A stretch of DNA of 64,000 bases from Alloascoidea hylecoeti (Eukaryota): NCBI GenBank assembly GCA_001600815.1, contig BCKZ01000005.1, forward strand, positions 381,532 to 445,531, in the 5' to 3' direction. Shown piece by piece: positions 51,180-62,000 of the stretch (position 1 is the stretch's first letter; each line of letters begins with the position of its first letter). The notes beneath the pieces were generated by a model that worked only from the letters and a program-made list of their open reading frames with translations, was not told the origin of the DNA and ran no database searches. A program made the position numbers and the translations under genes.

Positions 51180-51935
51180 CTAAAAAGGTATATGTCCTCC
51201 TCTATAATCTAAAAATGATCCTGAATCTTTGATTGTAAGTCCCTTGATAACTTTTAACATTGAAGAAACCGATTCATCAGTAGTTATAGTTTCCATACCC
51301 AAAGTAGGAAGTATAGACATATCAAAGTTTTCAGCTTCTAAATGACCCAACGCTTTTTCCCCAAGATCAGTAGATACTATACCAGGGTGGATGGAAACAA
51401 AAATATGATTCTTCGAGCCAACAGCTAATACCTTCATATAATAGTTGAGTGCCGCTTTGGATGCTCCATATGCTCCATATATATCATAACTAAATCCACC
51501 AATAGAACCAGCAACACTAGAAATAAAAATAGTTTCAGATGATTCTCTCTTTGTTAAAAATGGATTAAGGGCCCTAACAACTAGAATTGATCCAATTGAA
51601 TTTATTGTAAATATTGTTTTTAAAACAGAAGCTGGTGTTTCCAATAATGATTTAGTTTTGTCATTGATGATCCCAGCATTTGAGATCAAAACATCAATTC
51701 CATCGGTAAACTTAGAGACTTGATCCGGTAAGCTGGTAATACTATCCTTGTCCGAGACATCAAGTTTGACTATCTTGGTATTAGGGTGTTCCTTAGACCA
51801 CTCTTGTAATTCAGTAGCATTGTCGGGATTTCGTGCTGAAGCAATAACTAGATTTCGAGAATCTGAAGATAATTGTTTGACAAATGAAAATCCAATTCCT
51901 TTATTTGCACCAGAAACAAAATATACTGTCGACAT
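51180..51935 (-). CDS. Short-chain dehydrogenase/reductase
   Basis: SGANKGIG Rossmann motif, DVLISNAG, catalytic YGASK, HPGIVSTD. Confidence 0.95.
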   Translation of the reverse strand: MSTVYFVSGANKGIGFSFVKQLSSDSRNLVIASARNPDNATELQEWSKEHPNTKIVKLDVSDKDSITSLPDQVSKFTDGIDVLISNAGIINDKTKSLLETPASVLKTIFTINSIGSILVVRALNPFLTKRESSETIFISSVAGSIGGFSYDIYGAYGASKAALNYYMKVLAVGSKNHIFVSIHPGIVSTDLGEKALGHLEAENFDMSILPTLGMETITTDESVSSMLKVIKGLTIKDSGSFLDYRGGHIPF

Positions 51936-52572
51936 TTTTTGAAAAGCTTATATGAGATCAATAATGAAATCAACTGAAGTTGAATTAAAACTAGTATTCC
52001 CCGAAAGAGCAAGTCAAGCGGGTTTTATATAGAAGTATGTTTGCATTTAAATCCTTCGATATCTTCTTACAATACCTGAGCGTTTCCGGTGTTAATTAAC
52101 CCCCTTGTTTTATGTTATTGCGATTGAGTATTCGAATTCATCTTATACCGGTATATGTATATATTCTCATTGGTAATGGTATAACGAGGTTCACATCGCC
52201 TGAGAATTGTAATGTTTATATAATCTAATAAATATACCAATTTGGAAAATGTAATAGGGATTAGCTATCGCATGCCAATTAACTTGATTCAAAATTGATG
52301 AACATACGTAACACATACAGATCAATAGAATTATAAGTTAGTATGATTCATACATTGAATTTGCTTTTCTATTGCGTGATAAAAATATGGTATCGTACTA
52401 TCTAGCGCCATATCTACTGAAACTAGATAAAATTTCTTACTTCCAGTAACATAAAACATATAGATGAATCGTTGGGAAGATTATAATAAAGTAAAAAGGA
52501 TATGTATTATGTATCTTTCTAATATGGGACTGCTGCAGTTTGGCGTTTGGAGTTCGGACCTGTAATTCCACT

Positions 52573-52808
52573 TTGACTCTGACGTTGACGTTGACGTTGA
52601 CATTGACGTTGACATTGACTTACACTTACACTTACACTTACACTTACACTTACACTTACACTTACACTTACACTTACACTTACACTTACACTTACACTTA
52701 CACTTACACTTACACTTACACTTACACTTACACTTACACTTACACTTACACTTACACTTACACTTACACTTACACTTACACTTACACTTACACTTACACT
52801 TACACTTA
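52573..52808. repeat. Compound hexamer microsatellite: 8 x (T/C)TGACN then 31 x ACTTAC
   Basis: Direct reading: TTGACG/A/T units 52573-52620, perfect ACTTAC array 52618-52803. Confidence 0.97.
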
Positions 52809-54419
52809 TAGCTATAGCTCTCTTATATAAATCAAAAGCCATATTTAAACTCGGATTTTCTTTAGAATCCAGAGGATAGAAAACATCAATATATTTAAAG
52901 GATTATTCATGAAGAGTTTAACTGTTTTCATTTTATGATTTTCTAGTAACTAGAGTTGGTTAAATATAAGAAATATCTAGTTGGTGTCGAACTTTAAACA
53001 TTACAAATGTTTAATCTACGAGCGAGTAGTTCAAACTAGAATCTCACTGAGTAGATTTATGGAGGCCAAATATTGCAATTGTCAAACAGAAACAAATCAC
53101 ATAAGTATATGCATATGGTGATGATAAACCTCATTATGTTCATCGATTTTATATATCCATACCAGACCATTATTTACAATAATTGCTTATATATAAGGAA
53201 AATCAGATTCTATATAGTAAGCCTATTGATTAATCTAGGTTATTCTGTATAAAGGTCATTGTATCTAAAAACCCGTACTTTACTTAAAGCCTATATAGTA
53301 CTTATAAACAGGATACATACATGTACGGCGAAACAGATTATCTGATACCATCCAATTTATCTTGACGTTTAGTCTGATTCTATATATTACTTAAGTCATC
53401 AAAGAAATCATGAATGAGCTCTGGAACTTCGAATACAATTTATTGAGAAAATCCTTTAATTCTTATATAGAACCATTAATATTCATATGAAAGCAACAAA
53501 GTGTCGTTTATTGGGTTCAGAATTTTTCTATATAATAGATGCATAAATAATCGTTTTATGTATATCTAAGTTATAGCTGGTGAAGTTTTGATTTATAAGG
53601 TCAATTAGAACTTCAGAAGTGTGATAGCCATTTTCCCTGCAGAATTAACGTGGGGATTACAGGGAAATTGTTAAATATTGGCATACACCAAAGTTCAAAA
53701 TATGCATATGACAGTAATGAACTTTAACACTTATAAAGTCAAAAATTATTTATGATCAAGCTTAAGTTATTCTATAATTGAGCTCTAAGATGGGCAATAA
53801 ATAGAAAATGTGGGGATTCAGAAGTTCAAGCACCAAACAATTGTGAGAAAATGTCCATTGTTGTATGAGATAATGGAGATTTTGTTCATTGTCGATAATA
53901 GTCACTTTCTCAAATAACTAATATCCTGAAAATATTACTGAATTAGAAGAGTGGTCCAAGGGACACCCTAATACTAATATCATTAAACTTGATATCTTGA
54001 AGTAGGTTAGTTAGTAGTATTGCTAGCTACGATCAATTCTCTAACCTTACCAATGGAGTTAATATGTTTTAATCTCAAATATGTACCTAGGTTTACAAGA
54101 ATTATATATTGTTTCCATACACCCTTTCCTTTTAATTTTACTTATTGCTATTTTATATTTTATTTAACAAAATGAGTTATTAGAATTTCACGTTAACTTA
54201 AGTATTTTCAATTAATTGCCATCTTGAATTTAAAAGCCTTTCTTTCCATAGATACCTTAGATTAACCCATTATCGATTAGGTTATTTAAAAAATCCAAAG
54301 AAACAGAAGAATCTTAATCTTGAAATAAATGTGAAATAGAAAATAAAAGATTTTACAAGCATTACTCAAATATATTTAAAGCAAGCATATGAGAATAAAC
54401 CTATAAATTCTTTTTATAA

Positions 54420-55409
54420 TTAGTCAAAAATCGGAATAGGTGGAGAAGTATAGACAGCAGGATCATTAAATCTAATATTTTGATTTAAGCCACTAATAGC
54501 ATTCAACTCATCTTTTGATAAATCAAAATCAAAAGACTTTAAATTTTCTTTCAGTCGTTGTAAATTATTTGATTTTGGAATAACTGCAATTCCTCGTTGG
54601 GTTGTCCATCTAAGAATAACTTGTGCTGGTGATTTATTATAGTTCTTTGCAATTTTTCTTATGACTTCATTTTCAAATAATTTTGGGGTATTTTTGGCAA
54701 ATTCAATACCCAATTCGACGAAGGATTGGGGTCCAAAAGAAGAATATGCTGTAATAGCGATTTCGTTCCTTTGGGTAAACTCAATTAATCTTGGTTGGGT
54801 TAAGTAAGGATGATGCTCAATTTGTAAGACAGCCGGTTTAATATTAGCGTAAGATAATAACTCATTTATTAATGGTACAGTATAATTGGAAACTCCAATA
54901 CTTTTTGCTAAGCCTTTTTCATGAAGTTCTTCGAGCGCACCCCAGGTTTTTGATAACGGAACAGATGCCAACTCAACCTTTGTAAAAGCATCATCAATGA
55001 AAAAGCCTGGTGGATATCTAACCGATGGATCGACATATTTCAAAGCGATTGGAAAATGGATCAATACCAAGTCAAAATACTCAAGACCCCAATCCTTTAA
55101 AGAGTTTTTAATGGATTCAACTGCATGAATTGGATCGTGGAAAGTATTCCAAACTTTAGTTGTGATGAATAATTCTTCTCTGGTGACAATACCATCTGAA
55201 ATTGCTTTTCTAACACCATCGCCGACTTCTTTTTCATTGGCATAATCCTGGGCACCATCAATTAATCTATATCCTTCTTTAATTGCATTATATATTGTTT
55301 CTGCTGCTGTTTCCTTTGGAACTTTCCAAGCACCGAATCCGATTTGTGGTTGCTTTCTACCATTATTAAGTGTAATATATGGGCCGTTATAATTATTATT
55401 TGTGGACAT
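54420..55409 (-). CDS. XYL1: NAD(P)H-dependent xylose/aldose reductase (AKR2B; XYL1/GRE3 family)
   Basis: GYRLIDGAQDYANE, REELFITTKVWN, LIHFP, IGVSNY, LQIEHHPYL, YSSFGPQSFVEL, IPKS, RFNDP and IPIF. Confidence 0.93.
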   Translation of the reverse strand: MSTNNNYNGPYITLNNGRKQPQIGFGAWKVPKETAAETIYNAIKEGYRLIDGAQDYANEKEVGDGVRKAISDGIVTREELFITTKVWNTFHDPIHAVESIKNSLKDWGLEYFDLVLIHFPIALKYVDPSVRYPPGFFIDDAFTKVELASVPLSKTWGALEELHEKGLAKSIGVSNYTVPLINELLSYANIKPAVLQIEHHPYLTQPRLIEFTQRNEIAITAYSSFGPQSFVELGIEFAKNTPKLFENEVIRKIAKNYNKSPAQVILRWTTQRGIAVIPKSNNLQRLKENLKSFDFDLSKDELNAISGLNQNIRFNDPAVYTSPPIPIFD

Positions 55410-58218
55410 TTTCTTTTATGCTAATTATAATTATACTTATAAACCTGATATAAAATGATTGCAAGTAGAATCAATGGTTATAATGTGAGATCTAAAAATT
55501 AAAAGACGAAAAAAATGGAATTCCAATTATGAATTCCATTTATATGACATAATAACTTAACACATGATTTTTCGCCATCCTATCCAAAAAGATACAATTG
55601 TCAAATGATTTCATTCTAAGATTTAACCGAAAATTTATACTGGAACTTTGAAATGAATAAAAAATACCTTTTGATTTACTAAAATCTTAGTCACTTACTT
55701 TATGGTTGCAATTGAGTCCATGTCGGTTATTCAGCCATAGATCAACATCTGCCAATATTTTATCTAATTAAAATTCATGTGTGTCATGTGATGATAGACT
55801 TTATTAATATTGTCATGTGATATTTATCCTCCATAAAGATTTTGATTTATGTCGAAGATAGCCGCAAACACGATATTGTATGCTAATAAACTTGGACTTA
55901 GAATAAACTCGATACGTGATATGCACTAAGTAAACCATTGATTATATTTTACTTATATACTAAATATGTTGCGAAATTAGACTAATCTTTTACTGTGGAT
56001 ATCAAGCTTATGCATAGTACCAAGCCCACCGTAAATAAATAATCACTTAATGTTTGCCAGAAGCGGTGGACCACTTTGATTGTAGGAGTATTATCATTTT
56101 TCTCCACGGTCACTTTGCTAGTTATTAGAGGTGCGAGTACTAGCGCTTGTGGTGGTAAATAAATTATTTATAATTATTTTTCATATGATTAGAATCACAC
56201 TTAGGCTCCTATGATTTTAGTTTATACTATAACTAGTCTAATTTATGACCGATTGGAAATTGCAATGATCTCAATTCAAAAACCTTTCTCTTTGTTCAAT
56301 GTGCCAATTATTATTTACTAGGAACAGAAAATTTTTCTTTGATAAAATAATATCTTATTAAGTACCACAAAAGTAGGTCTTCAATCATAAATATTTTTTC
56401 TTACCAAACTAAAATTGTGATTTTATATGTGATTAAAGGATTTTTTGAGTCGATTAATATTCATTAACAAATTGTAATTAATATTAGCCAATTGGAATTA
56501 GTAAAATTCATAAAATAGGTGACTACGGTATACGTAGTACGTACTCTATAATAACTATGATCATGACCCAAAGAGCCCGGGTTTAGTTATAACTTTTAAC
56601 CAATTATATGTATCGAAATAATAATGCGTAATATAAACTACCCTGCGTAATTGAGTAATTGATCGCTTGCAATTGAAATCGATATCTGCTTTCCTACCAC
56701 TATAAGGCTATATCATACTTTGGGTTATACGACGCATATTTAAAAAGATATCAATATTGTAAACACAGTATACAATAAATTTCAGATCCTATGTAAAGAT
56801 CAAATATAGGGTCTTGTAGATATTTACGATAATTGTATAAGCTTATATAATCATAATCATATAAATTCCGACTGCGGCATTGCTCCGGCTTAAGCATACT
56901 ATACTTCCATGGAATATATAATTGCAATTGATGTCGATATAGATACAACATATATTAATGCAATTATAAGTATAAAGACCCAGGAGCTCGGTTTACCATC
57001 CCTAGGGCCAGTACTATATATTTATCTATATCTTCTGATTCTATTACCTTCAATAATTCCTTGTTGAAATGGTCATAATAGGATCTAGAACACCTCTGAT
57101 GACGGGATTTGGATTGCTTGGCTGTCAAAACTAGGGTAGTCTTGGGGTAGGTCACACTCATCTAGATCCGGCTTTATTGAATTATTATATAGTTAATAAT
57201 CATTAATATTATATTCTTAATCTTAAATGCCATTGTACACTCTAGGTCGATTTAAGCTATAGCGCTTTAGCTATCATATATGATAGTTACCGTTATATAA
57301 TATTATATTAGCATATAATTATTGTATCTATCTACTATCTATCTACTATCTATTCAATGTATTAATCAGTACTGGCATACGTAGTACTACTGATCATTAG
57401 TACATATATTACTGCTACCGTTTACCGTTTTCACCAGCGATACTCACAGGATAAAATAGAATTCAAGTAATTAGCTTAAGACAAAATAGTCATGGCATAA
57501 AACAAGCCTTGCAATTGACAAGAAATTGGATGCTGAAATGTTGGCAAAAAAGTTTCAGGTAATATTCATAATTTCATATATCGATTTACGTTCACTTTCA
57601 AGTTGTCATTAAAATTATATGGACTTTTTAATATATAAATTTGTACAGTTATAATTATAGTGTTACAGTGAATATTGGAAATTTCACGTTTATAATTTTA
57701 ATATTTCTTTAAAAACAACTAGAAAATTCTAGAAATGGGTCAATGATCTTCTACGCTTCAAATTTCTAGAAGTAATTTTCCAAATAAAAACTCTCCTATA
57801 AAACAAACTTGATACTAGTATATTTATGGCTATAAGTTTTAAGGGTCTAGGGATGTAAGCTTCCGAATCCCTTGTTATTCCCGTTTTGGATATACAATGT
57901 GTATGCATTGCCTCTTCAATGTTGGGTTCTTTTAAAAGTTGACCTGCATATTTTTCGAATCTTCTGCCTTAAAATATTCTCTTGTCCGAGAATATCCATC
58001 TCGCAGAAAAGTGATGACACCAAAACCCAAAATACAATCTTTATATTAATATCACCATACATATAATTATAATATGAGATTGAAAATGAGATGAGCTGAG
58101 ATAATATTATTTTGCAGTAAGTTTTATGAAAAACATATAAATAGCAAAGAAATCCTACGATTTTGTCAATACCAAATTAAAAACATATTTCATGAGATTA
58201 TCTTCTAAATTTAATAAA

Positions 58219-58533
58219 ATGGGTAGCTGCTTTTCATCTACAAAGGACGCAACAAGTATTAATGATGTCCCCATAACCAAACGTGTTTCTACTTCTTCCT
58301 CATCATCATCCGGTACAAAACCTAGAAAACAAAGTACAGTTACTAAATCAGAGATTCCTAAACCATACCGAACTTTATCAAATGATAAACATTATCATCC
58401 TACGTCTTCGAACACCGCTGATGGTGGTGCATTAGACGATCCAATTGCATTTGCTGCTCCGATGTACTCTGTTCATTCTAGTGGGAGAAAGGGAAGTACT
58501 ACTAGTGGTGCAAGGGTGAATTTACGAGCCTGA
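58219..58533 (+). CDS. Small hypothetical protein (104 aa) with N-terminal MGSCFS acylation motif
   Basis: AAAATG context at 58219, upstream ATATAAATA near 58135, Ser/Thr-rich ORF. The in-frame upstream ATG at 58192 has a poorer context. Confidence 0.65.
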   Translation: MGSCFSSTKDATSINDVPITKRVSTSSSSSSGTKPRKQSTVTKSEIPKPYRTLSNDKHYHPTSSNTADGGALDDPIAFAAPMYSVHSSGRKGSTTSGARVNLRA

Positions 58534-61500
58534 ATTTAACCAAAGCTCAATGGACTTTAATAGTAATTAAAGACTCATTAATGTCAAGCAGAAGAACAAT
58601 GATTTTGTACTTTATTTTGTTTCTGTTTTAGTGATTATTTCAATTGTTGAAATTGGTTTCGAGATGCAGTCTTTGTTCTCATTAATATCTGTTTATTTAT
58701 TTATTGATCATGATTGAATAATTAGTTGCATGATTAGCTGTATGTCACTTTTGATTCTTTAACTTTTCTGATTTTGCATCATCAGTCTTGTACGGCATTA
58801 AATATGATTCTCGGTTGATGTTTTTGTTATAGCTATATGATGTTGCTTTTATATATGTTTTTCAGTAATTATATTTTAAGGATTATTTTTATTATTTCTA
58901 GTTGAAATATTTGCTGCAAATGTCCATATTGTTTAAGTAATGTGAATTATCCATAATGTCAAATCGATATATGTAAGGCTTATATCTTTGTTACTTTTTG
59001 TTACTCATTGGTACTTGTAGCTTCATAGTAATTAACAACTAATATCGTATACAACGGTATTACCTCTCATATTATAAATATAGTATTTGAATTTGAAATT
59101 AATAATAAAATTATTGTTTTTAATTATAACAATAACAGTTTTTAATATTTGTCTTAGATCCTATATATAACTCTCCTATACCCTCTAAGTTATATGAGGG
59201 TAAGTTCTATAACTAGTACTTTAAATTTTATCATAAATTTAAATTTTTAACCCTAGATCTTCATTTTACATTTATCGATAAAAAAAGATGAATTGATATT
59301 AAATAGTTAATTATAATTAAAGGCCATTGGAAATATCAATATTCAAACTGTGTCAATTTCCCCTTCAAATCAGGCACCTTATCCGAAAATGCCAAAGCTA
59401 TAAAATTGCATTGTGCATTAATATTGTCTTTTCAGGTGAGATGCTGTAATTTTAGTAAGTCGTAAATTGTTTTATTGTCTTAATGCACATTCAAGCCTTT
59501 TATACGTTTACTAAATACTATTATAATGAAACATTGTGGCACGCTAGTGCTCACATTGTCTAGAGATCTCATTGTTAAATTTGTCGATATATGATGCATA
59601 TGACTTTAATTTTTTAATAATTATAATTAATGATTTTAATGGAAGAGTTTTAAAATGTTCACTAACATTACAAGGTTGCAATAAGAATATCATCTCGCGA
59701 TCGTGATTGATTTTAATTTACTTTACTTGATTAAGCTCCATGATCATGTTCCTATATATAGCTCTCAATAGTCTAGCATTAATATAAATGTGTATCTTCT
59801 TTTCATGTAATTGGTACATGATCTAGATTCATTCCTAGCTATCACAATATTTTTAACACTTTAAGAACAAGAAAAAAGGTGAAATATAATTAAAGAAATC
59901 ACAATATGATTCTGAGGAGTTACAGAAAAGGCCATACTAAATTTAAATTATTTAAATTTAAAGTTAATTGAATGCTTAATTTTGCGTACACCACTATTAA
60001 TAATCAAAAATTACAAGAATAGTTTCTAAAATATGGCTTAGCCATTTCTAGTTATAATTTCCATGATGAATCGTTTGGTGATCAATATTTTTTTAATCAA
60101 GCTTAGGCTAGATAGTACATACCGGTATACATATGTGCATAATGCTATAAAATAGTTAGCACTATTTATATCCTTTAGTTATGATTAGCACTATTATACC
60201 TCAGCTTTATGATCAGCTTAAGCTATACCTATAGTGGATCCTATTGATTTGTTTAGTAACAATTATATACGCATGTAATGTAGTTTTGATGTATATGATC
60301 ATACATTCCAATATGAAAAATGGAGTTGAAAGCCTGCTGTGGCTCTATATATCAATTAGCGTATTCCTGTCTCAAAATATATTAAATATTTTGCAGAGTG
60401 TTATAATTATATTTATTCAACTGTGATCATGAATGGTGCCCTTTCTGATATATAACAATATACAATATCATTAAATTACAGACTTAAACCTTAAGCCAGA
60501 GAGCAATTGCGATTTGACTCTTTTAATTAATGGCTTAATTTTAACTAATCAAGTATGAGTTTCTGGAGTACATGCTAGTGCTTATGTAAAGCCAGGTGAA
60601 ATAACATATAACATGGGTTTAGAGAGCGTTTTAATTTGTCACGATCGGATTTTTCAATTGTAATGAATAAGGTGACTAAGCTCCTAGTCAATCCGCGTAG
60701 AAAAGTACTTGGTATACGTATATTAGCTTTACGCATATCTTGTACTTCAATTATCTATTAAATAAACTAGAACTTAGCTCTAATTATACATATGGTACAC
60801 TCATTCCATTTAATTTCGACCATTTGGTGGACTAAATAATCAGTTATATGTTGAGTAAATATCCGGCATATATTGTTATATATATTTCGAGTGCTTTTAT
60901 TCCCTTGGCATTTACATTTGGTCGTATCACCAACCTACTATTGCCTTGTCGATAAGCGCCATATAAATGTTGGTCCTATGGCTTCTGTTCTGAAGCTGGC
61001 ACAGCGTGGCCGAAAATTAGTTTAATGAGTGGTTATATTTGGCCTAAATTATTTTTTAATTATAGAGTTTATAGAACTGTGTGGCTAGCTAGCCATGATA
61101 ATAAATATAACAAATGGCCATGGTATTATTGATGCTGATATATGTTGCTACTCCTCCCATCGTATTTTGACGGTACTAATGAGTAATATTGTGTATCAAA
61201 TGCCATTCTAGCTCAATTTAAGTATGATGCGAGAATACAAAATGAATTTGCTATTTGAGACTGAAGCAATTGTCTATGTGCTAGCTCTGAAACCTTACAA
61301 CATATATAGTCTTCTTTTGTTAAAAGCTCTCTAATTGTAAGCTCTACATATAAGTTATTGTTATGATCAGGTTCTGTGAGTTAGTATTATATTATTTCTT
61401 TGGTATGTAAAGGTGTGTGTGTATATATGCATATGCATAGCACTTTATACTACGTATAAGCGTGCATGGCTAGTTAACACTCCGCGAATAATATATTGTA

Positions 61501-62000
61501 TGTTTTTAGGTATTGGTTTAGTATCGAACGGCAACTTTATCTTAAATCCTCTTGGAATTTATGTAACTCTATCTTATTGGTATAATTATAATATTAATTT
61601 AAGAAGCTTATGCTTTATAGTTGTGATATAACATTTTATGCAATTTAGTTATTATTTACTTGTATATGTATAATAAACATCAATTAATGATCTATAAGCT
61701 ATATCATGATTAGCTGTAGTATCATCATTCAAACTTAGAATCCTACAGCTAATTAAAACTATATGATATACCGATTTTTCCTCTTATAAGCGAAATTCTA
61801 AATAGCATATAATATAATTAAAGCCAAACTAATTTTTTAACCCCCATCAGTTCCAATTTGAATGGTTTAGAATATCAAGCAATGCAATTGCGAAAACAAA
61901 AAATAAATATGTAAAAACACGAAAATTGCAATTTAAAGCAAGAAAATTGATTATAGTAATTAATTTTTAATTCAAAACACGTAAAATTACGTTGTTGTAA

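Noticed and set aside
52519..52842. Poly-SV and poly-TY ORFs; array as CRISPR-like
   Set aside because: Translations of a hexamer microsatellite. No spacers, and the context is eukaryotic.
53640..53820. Two GTGGGGATT Mig1-like sites
   Set aside because: Short motifs more than 1.7 kb from the nearest plausible ATG; cannot be distinguished from chance.
56751..57161. Two short minus-strand ORFs in slightly GC-richer DNA
   Set aside because: Possibly a relic, but no recognisable motif or in-window homolog.
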